Of a DNA stretch of 64,000 nucleotides, positions 22,697 through 39,218 are shown one piece after another. Numbering within the stretch: position 1 is the stretch's first letter; the number at the start of each line of letters is the position of its first letter. Below the pieces are notes generated by a model, which saw only the letters and a list, made by a program, of their open reading frames with translations, was not told the origin of the DNA and ran no database searches. The position numbers were made by a program, and so were the translations under genes. This stretch comes from Anaeramoeba ignava BMAN. Lineage: Eukaryota > Protista > Anaeramoebae. The stretch covers positions 1 to 64,000 of the forward strand of contig JAPDFW010000147.1 of assembly GCA_028826165.1 (NCBI GenBank), written 5' to 3'.

Positions 22697-25600
22697 ATGG
22701 AACAAAAATTTGCAAAATTACTTCATTCTAAAGAAAAAATTGGATCCTTTTTAAAAGAAGTGAGAAGAAAAAAATATCATTTTAATTAAAATTTTAATAC
22801 ATTTAAACTAACTCAATTCTATTTTTAATTTATTTACAACATTTATTTATAACTTTTATTTACAACAATTTATTTATAACATTTATTTACAACATTTATT
22901 TATAACATTTATTTACAATTTATTTATAACATTTATTTACAACATTTATTTACAACTTATTTACAACATTTACAACATTTATTTACAACATTTATTTATA
23001 ATTTATTTACAACTTATTTACAACATTTATTTATAACATTTATTTACAATTCATTTATTTACAACAATTATTTACTACTTTTATTTACAACATTTATTTA
23101 ACTTATTTACAACATTTATTTATTTACAACATTTATTTACAACATTTATTTACAACATTTATTTATAACATTTATTTACAACATTTATTTACAACATTTA
23201 TTTACAACATTTATTTACAACATTTATTTACAACATTTATTTACAACATTTATTTACAACATTTGTTTTTTATTTAACAACATTTATTTACAAGTATTTT
23301 TTTATTTACAAATTTTTTTTTATTATTTTATAACATTTATTTATAACATTTATTTACAATTTATTTACAATTTATTTACAATTTATTTACAACATTTATT
23401 TACAACATTTATTTACAAATTTTATTTACAACATTTATTTACAACATTTATTTACAACATTTATTTACAATTTATTTACAATTTATTTACAAATTTATTT
23501 TATAACATTTATTTATAATTTATTTACAACATTTATTTACAACATTTATTTACAACATTTATTTATAACATTTATTTTACAACAATTTATTTTATTTATT
23601 TACAATATTTATTTTATAACATTTATTTATAATTTATTTATAATTTATTTACAATTTATTTACAACATTTATTTACAACATTTATTTACAACATTTATTT
23701 ACAACATTTATTTACAATTTATTTACAACTTATTTACAACATTTATTTACAATTTATTTACAACTTATTTACAACATTTATTTATAACATTTATTTACAA
23801 CATTTATTTACAACATTTATTTACAACAATTTATTTATAACATTTATTTACAACATTTATTTATAACATTTATTTATAACATTTATTTACAACATTTATT
23901 TACAATTTATTTACAACATTTATTTACAACATTTATTTACAATTTATTTACAACATTTATTTACAATTTATTTACAACATTTATTTACAACATTTATTTA
24001 CAACATTTATTTATAACATTTATTTATAACATTTATTTACAACATTTATTTACAACATTTATTTACAACTTATTTACAATTTATTTATAACATTTATTTA
24101 AATTATAAAATTATTTATAAAATTATTTTATTTAAATTATTTATAAAATTATTTATAAAATTATTTATAAAATTATTTATAAAATTATTTTATTTAAATT
24201 ATAAAATTATTTATTAAAATTATTTATAAAATTTATAAAAAAAAAGTCAAAAAAAAATATCGAAAAGTTTATGGAATACTTAATCACTAAAAATAAAACC
24301 ACAAATTTTATTGAATGGATGAAATGGATCTTAAGCGAAGGAAACGAACCAAATGAATATATAAAAACTTTGAAAGAAAACAACAAAAAAAACTCAGGAA
24401 GATGCGGAACATTTTGGCGGAATGATCAAGTTTGTTACAAATGCAGAACATGTGGATTGCATCCAACAAGTGCCATATGTCCTGAATGTTTTTTCAACGG
24501 AAATCACGAAGGTCACGATTATTACTGTGTCAAAGGAAGTCTTGGTATGTGTGATTGTGGTGATGATCAATCTTGGAAACCAACAGGTTTCTGCAAAAAT
24601 CATCAAGGACCACCTGAAAATCCTGAGAATGTTCTCCATCAAGATCTTCGCGAAAGAGTTTCCATAATTGCGAAGTATACAATCAAATACATAATGTTCT
24701 TATTCACAGAAAGGTTCCAAGTACTTGCCAAAATGGAAGTCTTGAAATCATCCAATAGAAAAAAGAAATCCAAACAAAATTCTTTGGATGATGAACAGAT
24801 CAAAATAAAAGTGGATCAAAATCAGGATCAAATTATTGCCTTGATAAATTGGTTCAATGAATTCCTGAGTTTTGGAGATGGATTCAAAAGATTAGCTATT
24901 TTTGAGTTAATCAAGCAGAAAGTGTCTGGTTTTCTACTTGGTTTGCCTAACCAAATAACATCTTTGGAATTTTTCATGAGATTATCAAATTTGGAAAGCG
25001 AATCTATTTTCAAGTCACTGATCCAATTCTGGTATAACGGAATAACAGATCTTGTGTTCAAAAAGGAGTTTCTCAAGATATACCTCAAAATTTACAAGGA
25101 AATGATCACAAACTTAATTGAGATTGATGATGAAACTCACAACGATATCACAGAACTTTCTGTTCAGATATTCACAGTTCCCAAATTTTCTCACGAATTT
25201 TGCAACGATTTCAATTTGTTTGAAATTCTATTCGAAACTGCAAGCGAGATTATCAACAAAACTCTTATCCCCATAAAACCAAACGCAAAATCCAAGCAAA
25301 AGAATCGCAAATTAGAACCCAAAATCCCACTCAATTTCAAAAAAATTGATTTGAAAAACAAAATATTTTTAAATATTGGAATTTGGAAAATTGTGTCAGA
25401 TATTCGATACTCTCTTCGCGAAAATTACAGTGCTCAGTTTATCGCGTTGGAAAGACAATCTCTTTATAAAAAGTTTCTTGAGATATTCAAGAACTTTCAA
25501 GGAATGAATATGATTGAAAGAGAAAAAAACAAGCCATCTGAATATGAAGATGAATCATGGAAAAAATCTGTGCTATTAGAATACTATTTCACTCCTTTGA

Positions 25601-28600
25601 TCCCGCTTGTAATGCAAGGGAATTTTTTCTGCAGATGATGAAAATAATAATGAAAATAATATTGAAAATGAAAATAATATTGAAAATGAAAATAATATTG
25701 AAAATGAAAATAATATTGAAAATGAAAATAATATTGAAAATGAAAATAATATTGAAAATGAAAATATTGATGAATTACAACAAATACAAATCCACAAAAT
25801 ATCAGATTCATTCAAATCAAAATTAGTTCAATTAATTAGAATCACTACATCAATGATAATTGATTGGACAATAGAAAATAATTTTATGTATCGTGATTTA
25901 TCTCCCATGTTTTTTAGAATATCTCAACCAAGAAATTTGGAACAGCAATTTGTTCAATACCAACTTTATACATACGATATTTCCTCTCTTCCCATTTCAA
26001 TTCATTATCCATTGCAAAGAATACTGAGTTCGCTCATCATTTCTGTTGTGAAACATTGGAATTTACAGTTACAAGATCTTTTCAAAGAAGTCTTAGTTTA
26101 TTCAGAACCCTATTTTGATTCTTTTATTGTTTTAGTAATTCATGTTATTCGGTTGCGAGCAATTTTTTCACAGATTCACAACAATTACTGGACTAAAAAC
26201 GGTGCTTCTCTCAAGGTTCTTGCAAATCTCCAAAACGGATCAACATTTTCCTCGTATTTTGTTGATAAGGATTTGTTATTGCTTCAGATTGCAGCGGTTG
26301 TTATGGATCCTCAGAAATTAATTCTTTCCATTATGAATGCATTTCAATTATTGAATTTTTGGGTTGTGGATCCAAATAAATTGGATAATTCCAAGGAAAT
26401 TGAATTTCAAAAGTTAATGGCTCAAGATTTCCTTAAATTGTTGTTACTGATTCTTGTTGAAAGAGCAAATATCGGGTTTTTATCAAAAGAGGAGTTAATT
26501 AGACGAGATGTTGTTCAATTTTTGTGTGTCAGAAATCAGACACACAGCCAATTAGAGAAATGTGTTCAATCAGAAATTATGGATGAAGAAATTTTTGAGA
26601 AAGTGCTGAAGGATGTAGCTATATTTAATGAGGAACAGCACAAATTTAGATTAAAGGAGGAAAATTGGGATCAATTTGAAGGTCAATATTATCCATATTT
26701 TTCTTATGAGTTGATTCAAGTTGCTGAAGAAAATTATATCAATAATCTGAAATCCCGAAACTCAAAAACCAATTTGAAAATTCCTGAAATATTACCAGGA
26801 CCAAAATACAAGCCACTTCATTCATCTTTTGCAAATTTACCTAAATTTTTAAATAATCATTTATTGCATCAAATTTATTTTACTGTTTTATTTAATAGTG
26901 CGAAGAAAAATCAGCTTTCATCAGATGAGTTATTAAATTACACATTAAATTTGATGAAATTTTCTTTGACGATTAGTGATATTAATGAAAATTTAAATGA
27001 AAATATAATTCAAAATGAAAATAATCAAAATATAATTCAAAATCAAAATCAAAATCAAAATCAAAATCAAAATATAATTCAAAATCAAAATCAAAATCAA
27101 AATCAAAATCAAAATCAAAATCAAAATCAAAATATAAATATAATTCAAAATCAAAATGAAAATAATCAAAATATAAATCAAAATCAAAATCAAAATCAAA
27201 ATCAAAATCAAAATCAAAATCAAAATCAAAATCAAAATCAAAATCAAAATCAAAATCAAAATCAAATTCAAAATCAAAATGAAAATCCAAAAAAAAATAT
27301 CAAAAAAAATTCAAATACTTTTAATACTGCTTTGGATTCAATTCATTTCCCAACTTTCAATGATTTACCAATAAATTCAGCCTTTTTAGTTTCAACTCCA
27401 TTTGGAAAATTTAGAATTGTTTCCCTCTTAATTCATCTATACAAACAAAACTTGAATCAAGATAACAGAATGCTTGTTGAACAAATATTAAAACTTTTGC
27501 AAAACAAAAACCAAAAATGTAAAGAAATTATCAAACAAAAAATCAAGAATTTTAATCTTATTATCCAACAAAAAGAAGAAGAAGAAAAAAAAAGAAAAAT
27601 GGAAGAAAGAAAACAAAAAGTCCTTCAGCAATTTAATCTTAAAATGCAGAGATTCACTCAAAAAAACAAAAAAGAGCTTGATAAAATTGAAGAATTAGAG
27701 GAAAAAAAAGAGGAAAATGATTTACAAAAAAATCAAACTTGGTCACTTGCTGATTCAAGCATTTCTGAGTTAAAATACGATGATCAAATTGAATCACTTT
27801 GTTGTTGTCTTTGTCACGAAAAGGACAGCAAAAGTTCTCTTGTTTCCAAACCATTAGGAATTGTTGGATTTATTCAGTCATCAAATGTGTGTCCTATTGC
27901 TGAATTGAAATATTTTAAGGATCAAAAAATTCCGATTGAAAGTGAAAATTTCAGAAAAAATATTTATGCAATAAGTTGTGGACATTTAATGCATATTGAA
28001 TGTTATCAAAGATACATGACTTCTTTAGTAGCTCGGCGAACAAAAGGGATTCCTTATGAAGGAATATATGTGATTGATTTAGGCAAGAATCAATTTCTTT
28101 GTCCTTTAGATCGACAAATTGCAAACACAGTTATTCCAATTATTCCAAATTCAATGATTTTTGAAAATGAAAATAATAAAAATGAAAATAATAATGAAAA
28201 TAATAATGAAAATAATAATAATAATGATAAGAAAATTATTCAAGACTATACAAACAATTCTTATGAAAATTCAATCAATTTTTTCAATCAATTCTTAAAA
28301 AAATTGGATCAAAAAAAAGAAAAAAGAACCAATTTATCATCCAAAATGAAAAATTCAATTGATGGATTTTTGGGTAATTTACATTACTTCATTTCAAAGA
28401 AAAAACTGAAATCAACTTATCAATCAGAATCAGGATTAAGATTAATCTCAAAATTGCTTGCAAATACACTTTCCATATTTGAAATTGCGACAAGAAATGA
28501 AGATTCACAACCTTTGGATTCGATCCAGATATTCCAGTTGCAAAGTTATTATCGAATGGGGATTATTCTTGGACAGCTTCCAGCAAAGGAAGAGAGCGTT

Positions 28601-29641
28601 GTTGAAAAATTTCGTTTCCAAATATTCAATTTTCTTACAAACAATATTGTTGATCCAAAAAATGATAATTGCATTCTAAAGGTTGATTTAATGTTCTATT
28701 TTATAATAATGCATTTGATGTTTGTATCGCGAGCATCCCATTCAGATTGCTTTTTCAATCTCTGCCAAATTGTGGTTTATCCTGTTTTGTATCAAATCAT
28801 AGCATATTCTTGTGTGTTTTCTGAAAAGATCCAAAAAAAATATTGCATTTTAGGAAAATTTGCAAGAAATCAAAAAACAGGATCCATTTATATAGAAAAC
28901 GAGGAAGATGTGGCAGAAAATATCAAATCACTTTGCGTGCCAATTCTTCGCAAATTGTATATTTATTTGAATTATTGTGTTGTTGAAAATCGAGGATGTG
29001 AAAAACTTCCACCAAAAAATTTCGAAACACTTTGTAATCTTTTGAAAATAAACATTCCAGTAGAAGAAATATTATCATCAACATCAGAAACAAGTTCTTT
29101 ATGGAAATATTTTGGAATTGAAGATGGAAAATTTGATGAGTCGAAAAAAACGCAATATGTTATAATAACACCACCAATCCCATTCAGATTCTATTCTGTG
29201 CCACAAGAGTTCATTAAGATCTGGCTTGAGTATGAGAAGAAGTTTGATGAACACGGAAACAAAAACCCTGCACATATTGCATTGTCTTTAATCACTGGAG
29301 ATATTGTCCATTTGAAACCAAACGTCAATTCAGTGAATGAACATCAATTTGTTGCGATTCATTCAAAGAGAATTGGTGGGAATGGGATTTATTTGTGTAT
29401 CAGAGGTGATCTTGCTTCTGCTGTTTTGACTTATCAAAAGGATTTTGGTATGATTTGTTTGAAGGATATTTATAAGGATAAGTGGAATGAAACTGATATT
29501 GGTATTCAAAGAGGAAAAGATTTATTTTTGAATGAAAAAAATTTAGTTGAACTTAGAAATGCGTTTCTGTATCAAAAATTAGTTATTCAAGCAATGGAAT
29601 TTAGAAGAAAACATCCAGAAGTTGGAAGATTTTATTTTTAG
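22697..29641 (+). CDS. UBR-box/RING E3 ubiquitin ligase (N-recognin, UBR1/2/3 family); exons 22697-22759 and 24247-29641
   Basis: UBR box (CYKCRTCGLHPTSAICPECF..HEGHDY..GMCDCGD..WK..GFCKNH), split RING (CCLC..SCGHLMHIEC..CPLD) and C-terminal YKDKWNETD..RG; one indel at ~25620 joins the two ORFs. Confidence 0.92.
22760..24246. repeat. 1.5-kb intron filled by a ~13-bp minisatellite (ACAACATTTATTT)n
   Basis: GTGAGA donor at 22760, AAAAAG acceptor at 24246; exons join in frame. Confidence 0.9.
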
Positions 29642-29650
29642 ATTTGCCAA

Positions 29651-30315
29651 TAAAAATCAAAATCAAATTAAAATATTTGGATTTTTTAAATTTATTTTTC
29701 TTCCTTTTCTTTTAATTGTTTAATAAAACCTTGATTTGGATAAATGGACCTAATTAAAGAAAGAAAATCATAAGCTTGTTGATAAGTCCATTTATTACTT
29801 TCCATTAAATCAAAAATCAAAATCAAAATCAAAATCAAATTAAAATATTTGGATTTTAAATTTATTTTTCTTCCTTTTCTTTTAATTGTTTAATAAAACC
29901 TTGATTTGGATAAATGGATCTAATTGAAGAAAGAAAATCATAAGCTTGTTGATAAGTCCATTTATTACTTTTCATTAAATAAAAATCAAAATAAAAATCA
30001 AAAACAAATTAAAATATTTGGATTTTTTGAATTTATTTTTCTTCCTTTTTTTTTAATTATTTAATAAAACCTTGATTTGGATAAATGGACCTAATTAAAG
30101 AAAGAAAATCATAAGCTTGTTGATAAGTCCATTTATTACTTTTCATTAAATAAAAATCAAAATCAAAAACAAATTAAAATATTTGGATTTTGAATTTATT
30201 TTTCTTCCTTTTCTTTTAATTGTTTAATAAAACCTTGATTTGGATAAATGGACCTAATTAAAGAAAGAAAATCATAAGCTTGTTGATAAGTCCATTTATT
30301 ACTTTTCATTAAATA
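29651..30315 (-). repeat. Four tandem ~165-bp copies of the DUSP 3' end (last ~39 codons, stop and 3' flank)
   Basis: taaaaccttgatttggataaatggacctaattaaagaaagaaaatcataagcttgttgataagtcc occurs four times; the last copy is the gene itself. Confidence 0.95.
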
Positions 30316-31035
30316 AAATAAAATAACAGAAGCTGAACGACTTTTCCCTAATTGACAATGAACAAAAACTTTTTGTTGTTTTTCAAAAGCTTTACTAATC
30401 AAAGAATAAGTCTCATCTAAAACTGAAGAAATATCCGTTTTGGATAAGTCTTCCAATTCATAATGATGATAAAATAAATGTGACATTTCTTTTTTGGATT
30501 GGAAATAATTTTGCACTTCTTTTGCCATATTGAAAATGTGTTTAATTTCAAATTTTTGTAAAAAAATCTCATTTTGTGCTGATTCTATTCCTCCTAAATA
30601 AAGGAAGTTGGGAACAATTTCTGATGGAAAGTGATAAAATCTAATAAACTTCTTTTCTGAAGAATCTAAAAAGAAAAATGGGAATTTTAGATAAAAAGTT
30701 CCTAATTCAATGAAAATTTTAACAAATTTAAATCCTGCTTTTGTAAAACAATCTTGCATTTGGAATAGAATTTCCTTTTGTTTGTCTCCTTCATCTATAA
30801 AAAATATTCTCAAGTCTTTCTGATGGAAAAGATTGAGTTTGTATGATTTTGGTTCTGATAAAATTGATTCAATTTCTGAAACAAAATTTTCTTGTTGAAA
30901 TGAATTGATATCAAAATTAAATGAAAATTGTAAATTAAATTTTTTAAAATCTTCTTGTGGTCTAATATCAATTAAAAGAAGAACTTGAGAAAGTTCATCA
31001 ACAACAAAATTATAAAAATCTAATTGCGAAATCAT
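30196..31035 (-). CDS. Dual-specificity (MAPK) phosphatase with N-terminal rhodanese-like domain
   Basis: LLIDIRP (CH2/rhodanese), PSEIVPNFLYLG, catalytic VHCQLGKSRS, PNQGFIKQL. Confidence 0.92.
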   Translation of the reverse strand: MISQLDFYNFVVDELSQVLLLIDIRPQEDFKKFNLQFSFNFDINSFQQENFVSEIESILSEPKSYKLNLFHQKDLRIFFIDEGDKQKEILFQMQDCFTKAGFKFVKIFIELGTFYLKFPFFFLDSSEKKFIRFYHFPSEIVPNFLYLGGIESAQNEIFLQKFEIKHIFNMAKEVQNYFQSKKEMSHLFYHHYELEDLSKTDISSVLDETYSLISKAFEKQQKVFVHCQLGKSRSASVILFYLMKSNKWTYQQAYDFLSLIRSIYPNQGFIKQLKEKEEK

Positions 31036-31133
31036 TTTGAAAAATGAAAAAAATAAAAAATGAAAAAAATATATTTTTTTTTGATTAATTTTTTTGATTA
31101 AAAAAAAAATCTTTCTTTCTTTCTTTCTTTCTT

Positions 31134-34100
31134 TTAAAGTAAAATTGAATTTTGAAAGAAAAAAGAATGAGGATAAACTTCATCTTGAAGCCATTCTGAG
31201 AAATTATCCTCGAAATCATTAGGAACTTCAACAGAATCAAGTTCTTCTTCAATATTTTGGGGTTCATTTGTAAATTGGAATTCCAATCTTGCAATTTTTT
31301 CCATTTCACTATCTTTTGTTTCAAATTTCTCAATAAATTCTGAGATTTGATTTCTTAGTCGTTCCTCTTCGAGTCTTAAAGTCTCTGAAGAAATTGATTC
31401 TTGATCTTGAACTTCGATCCAATTTTCTGCAAGTTCGTTTCTTAAATTAGTGTAAATATCTGAAATTATATTAATATTTGATGATTTCCATTTTTGAGTC
31501 AAATATCTTATTGAATTCTTGATCGCTTTAAGTGCGTAAAATCGAAGAACTTTGATTCGAATATTCAGTGTTTTTCTTAAAATTATATGTCCTTTTTTCT
31601 TAACAAAAATGTTTTTGATTCGAAATTCTTTTTTCTTAATCATTTTTTGTAAGATTCTTATTAAATTTATTGTTGCAAATGTATTTCGAAAATTTAAGTG
31701 TTTGTTTTTTATAAGATCATTTTCTTTTTCTTTTTCATTTTCATTTTCATTTTCATTTTCGATTTCCATTTCTTTTTTTAAAATTGTTTCTTCAATATTA
31801 ATTAATTCATCATTTGGTGAAATAGTTTCGGATTCAAGAAATGTTTGTAATTCTATATTCAATAATTTGAGTATCATTAAAACACAATTACTATCAACAA
31901 AAACTTCATTAAAATATTCAAATTGAAGCAGATCTTTTTTTTTTAAATATTAATTTTAATTTCAAAATAATTTTAAAATGAATTTTAATTTTATAAATGA
32001 ATTTTAATTTTATAAATGAATTTTAAAATGAATTTTAATTTTAAAATGAATTTTAATTTTAAAATGAATTTTAATTTTAAAATGAATTTTAATTTCAAAA
32101 TAATTTTAAAATGAATTTTAATTTTATAAATGAATTTTAATTTAAATTACCAAATTTTTTGGAAAGTTTTAAAAGTAATAAAAGAATTGCAGATGTTGCT
32201 TTCATAATAATCTCTTTATTTCTTTTATAATCAACTTCACGAACAATTTGATCCAATTCTTCAGAATTTGAATGAACTTCACTATCAATTTTAAATTGAA
32301 CTTCATAACCTTGAAAAGGCATTGAAGCAAGTAAAATCTTCAATAAAAGAATTAAATATCTTCTAAAATTCTTAAATTCATGTTTAATTAATTTGGCAAA
32401 TTTATTCATTTTTAAATCTTCATATTTTGGTTTTTGATTTCGAATTTCAATTGCTTTTTTAAAAACTTCTTCTCCATCAATAAAAGATGTTGGAATTCCT
32501 GTTTAATTTTATAAATAAATTTTGCTATTTTTAATTTTTTCTTTTGATTAAATTTTGTTGTTTTTTCTACCATTTTTTGATCTTGGAAGAAATGTTGAAA
32601 ATTTATCTTGAATGTATTGATGATATTTATCGAATTCTTGTTGTGTTGCTTTTGGTTCTAAAGATGGATTTAATTCTGTATTTCTTGAACATAATGTTTT
32701 GTTATGAATTAATAACATTTTCCATAAAAATAGAATGATCTTTTTTTTTTAAAAAAAAGAAATTGAATTAATATTTAAATTAATATTTAAATTAATATTT
32801 AAATTAATATTTAAATTAATATTTAAATTAATATTTAAATTAATATTTAAATTAATATTTAAATTAATATTTAAATTAATATTTAAATTAATATTTAAAT
32901 TAATATTTAAATTAATATTTAAATTTAAATTAATATTTAAATTAATATTTAAATTAATATTTAAATCAATATTTAAATTAATATTTAAATTAATATTTAA
33001 ATCAATATTTAAATTAATATTTAAACTAATATTAAAATTAATATTTAAATCAATATTTAAATCAAATATTTAAATTAATATTTAAATTAATATTTAATTT
33101 TAATATTTAAATTAATATTTAAATTAATATTTTAAATTAATATTTAAATTAATTTTTAAATTAATATTTAAATTATTTAAATTAATATTTAAATCAATAT
33201 TTAAATTAATATTTTAATTAATATTTAAATTAATATTTAAATTAATATTTAAATTAATATTTAAATTAATATTTAAATTAATATTTAAATTAATATTTGA
33301 ATTAATATTTAAATTAATATTTAAATTAATATTTAAATTAATATTTAAATTAATATTTAAATTAATATTTTAATTAATATTTAAATTAATATTTAAATTA
33401 ATATTTAAATAAATATTTAAATCAAATATTTAAAATTAATATTTAAATTAATATTTAAATTAATATATAAATTAATATTTAAATTAATATTTAAATTAAT
33501 ATTTAAATTAATATTTAAATTAATATTTAAATTAATATATAAATTAATATTTAAATTAATATATAAATTAATATTTAAATTAATATTTAAATTAATATTT
33601 AAATTAATATTTAAATTAATATTTAAATTAATATATTTAAATTAATATTTAAATTAATATTTAAATTAATATTTAAATTAATATTTAAATTAATATTTAA
33701 ATTAATATTTAAATTAATATTTTAATTAATATTTAAATTAATATATTTAAATTAATATCTAAATTAATATTTTAATTAATATTTAAATTAATATTTAAAT
33801 TTAATATTTAAATTAATATTTAAATTAATATTTAAATTAATATTTTAAATTAATATTTAAATTAATATTTAAATTATATTTAAATTAATATTTAAATTAA
33901 TATTTAAATTAATATTTAAATTAATATTTAAATTAATATTTAAATTAATATATTTAAATCAATATTTAAATTAATATTTAAATTAATATTTAAATTAATA
34001 TTTAAATTAATATTTAAATTAATATTTATATAAATTAATATTTAAATTAATATTTAAATAAATATTTTAATTAATATTTAAATTAATATTTAAATTAATA

Positions 34101-35575
34101 TCTAAATTAATATTTAAATTAATATTTAAATTAATATTTAAATCAATATTTAAATTAATATTTAAATTAATATTTAAATTTAATATTTAAATTAATATTT
34201 AAATTAATATTTAAATTAATATTTAAATCAATATTTAAATCAATATTTAAATTAATATTTAAATCAATATTTAAATTAATATTTAAATTAATATCTAAAT
34301 TAATATTTAAATTAATATTTAAATTAATATTTTAATTAATATTTAAATCAATATTTAAATCAATATTTAAATTAATATTTTAATTAATATTTAAATTAAT
34401 ATTTAAATTAATATTTAAATTAATATATAAATTAATATTTAAATTAATATTTAAATTAATATTTAAATTAATATTTAAATTAATATTTAAATCAATATTT
34501 AAATTAATATTTTAAATTAATATTTAAATTAATATTTAAATTAATATTTGAATTAATATTTAAATTAATATTTTAAATTAATATTTAAATTAATATTTAA
34601 ATTAATATTTAAATTAATATTTAAATTAATATTTAAATTAATATTTAAATTAATATTTAAATTAATATTTAAATTAATATTTAAATTAATATTTAAATTA
34701 ATATTTAAATTAATATTTAAATTAATATTGGTAAATTGCTTTTGATTTTGCTTTTGCTTTTTTAAACCTTTTTAATTGGATAACATCTTTCTGGTTTATC
34801 ATTTGAATCAGAAATTAATCTAAATAATCTTTGAATTATTCCATCTCCTTCAAATTTAAAAAAAATTAATTCATCTTCAAATTCTTTATCATTTGAATAA
34901 ATTTCAATTAAAACAAGAATTAAATTTAAAACTAATCTTAAATCAATAGGACTTGAAACAAGAAACTTATCTAAATTTCTAATATAAAAAAAAATTTTTT
35001 TTGTTTAAAAATTAATAAGAAATTTTTTATATATTTTTTAAAACATACTTTTCAGTACTAGAAAATTGAGAAGAAATTAAAATGAATGTATTTAATAGAA
35101 TTTGCAACCCATCACATTCACGAATTAATCTATTATTCCATTCTATAGATTCAAGATTAACTGGGTGATTGATTTTAGATTCAGAATTCTCAACTTGTGG
35201 ATCATCATGTGATAAAAAAAGTCCAAATGAAATTATATTCAAACAAATCAAACTTTCTCTTCTTTGTTCTTTTGAGTTCATCTCTAACTTTTCCAAACAA
35301 ATCTCAATAAAGTTAGTTTGTTCTTTTGTTGATAATTCTGTCCAAAATTTTTTTGGGAAAAAATATTCATTCATAAATTTTGAAAAAATTGAATAAAAAA
35401 ATGTTTGAATTTCTTTTTTTTCTAAATATGATAAAATATCCCCAATTTCTTGTGATTTTGTATCTTTGTCTTGATATTTGAACTTTATATATTTGGGTTT
35501 TTCTATTTTTTTTGGGGTGTTTGAAAGAACTTTCCAATCAAAATTGTATTCAAGATCTGCATCATTTTTTGACAT
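31134..35575 (-). CDS. STRIP1: Striatin-interacting protein STRIP/FAM40/Far11 (STRIPAK subunit), 5 exons
   Basis: YPIKK|IILFLWK, GIPTS, LILLLKILLAS, RNKEIIMKATSAILLLLLK, QFEY, YALKAIK..YL..KWKSSN..IISDIY match the family; stop position uncertain. Confidence 0.85.
32740..34767. repeat. 2-kb intron filled with (AAATTAATATTT)n
   Basis: 12-bp unit repeated over ~1.95 kb between donor 34767 and acceptor 32740 (minus strand). Confidence 0.95.
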
Positions 35576-35624
35576 TTTAAAAAGAAAAGAAAAGAAAAAA
35601 ATGAAAAAAGAAAAAAATGAAAAA

Positions 35625-35987
35625 ATTTAATTTCATTTTTTTATTCAATTTAAAAGAAAATAAATTCCACTTTTTTAATTCAATTCAATTTAAAATAAAA
35701 TTAATTTCATTTTTTTATTCAATTTAAAATATAAATTCCACTTTTTTAATTCAATTCAATTTAAAATAAAAATTTCATTTTTTTAATTCAATTCAATTTA
35801 AAATAAAATTAATTTCATTTTTTTATTCAATTTAAAATAAAATTTAATTTTTTTAATTCAATTCAATTTAAAATAAAATTAATTTCATTTTTTTATTCAA
35901 TTTAAAATAAAATTTAATTTCATTTTTTTATTCAATTTAAAATAAAAATTCCACTTTTTTAATTCAATTCAATTTAAAATAAAAATT

Positions 35988-35990
<3 letters not shown>
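35625..35990. repeat. Intergenic tandem repeat (aatttcattttttttattcaatttaaaataaa-type units)
   Basis: Imperfect ~35-40 bp units between the ULK stop and the STRIP start. Confidence 0.8.
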
Positions 35991-38593
<2,603 letters not shown>

Positions 38594-38617
38594 TAAAAAA
38601 ATAAAAAATAAAAATAA

Positions 38618-38742
38618 AAATGAAAAATGAAAAATGAAAAATGAAAAATAAAAAATGAAAAATGAAAAATGAAAAATGAAAAATGAAAAATGAAAAATGA
38701 AAAATGAAAAATGAAAAATGAAAAATGAAAAATGAAAAAATG
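38618..38742 (-). promoter_or_regulatory. Tandem (TTTTTCA)n immediately upstream of the ULK ATG; amplified candidate initiator element
   Basis: About 16 copies of aaaatga on the + strand; the same TTTTCATTTT motif precedes most start codons in the window. Confidence 0.5.
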
Positions 38743-39218
38743 TTTTTTATTTCTATTTTCTATTTATTTCTATTTATTTCTAATTTTAATTTGGATTTTA
38801 ATTAGATTTAGATTTTTAATTAGATTTAGATTTTGATTTTGATTTTGATTTGGATTTAGATTTGGATTTAGATTTTTTAGATTTAGATTTTGATTTAGAT
38901 TTAGATTTAGATTTAGATTTGAATTTAAATTTTGATTTGAATTTGAATTTGATTTTGATTTAGATTTAGATTTAGATTTAGATTTAGATTTAGATTTAGA
39001 TTTAGATTTAGATTTAGATTTAGATTTTGATTTTGAATTTAATTTTAATTTGAATTTTAATTTGAAATTGATTTGTAATCTGAAATTGATTTGTAATCTG
39101 AATTTGATTTTGATTTTGATTTAGATTTAGATTTTGGTTTTGATTTAGAATTTGAATTTTGATTTTGATTTAGATTTAGATTTAGATTTTGATTTTGATT
39201 TAGATTTAGATTTTGATT

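Noticed and set aside
32770-34730. Perfect palindromic/cruciform array or telomeric repeat
   Set aside because: The 12-bp unit is not a rotation of its reverse complement, has no G-rich strand, and lies within a GT-AG intron.
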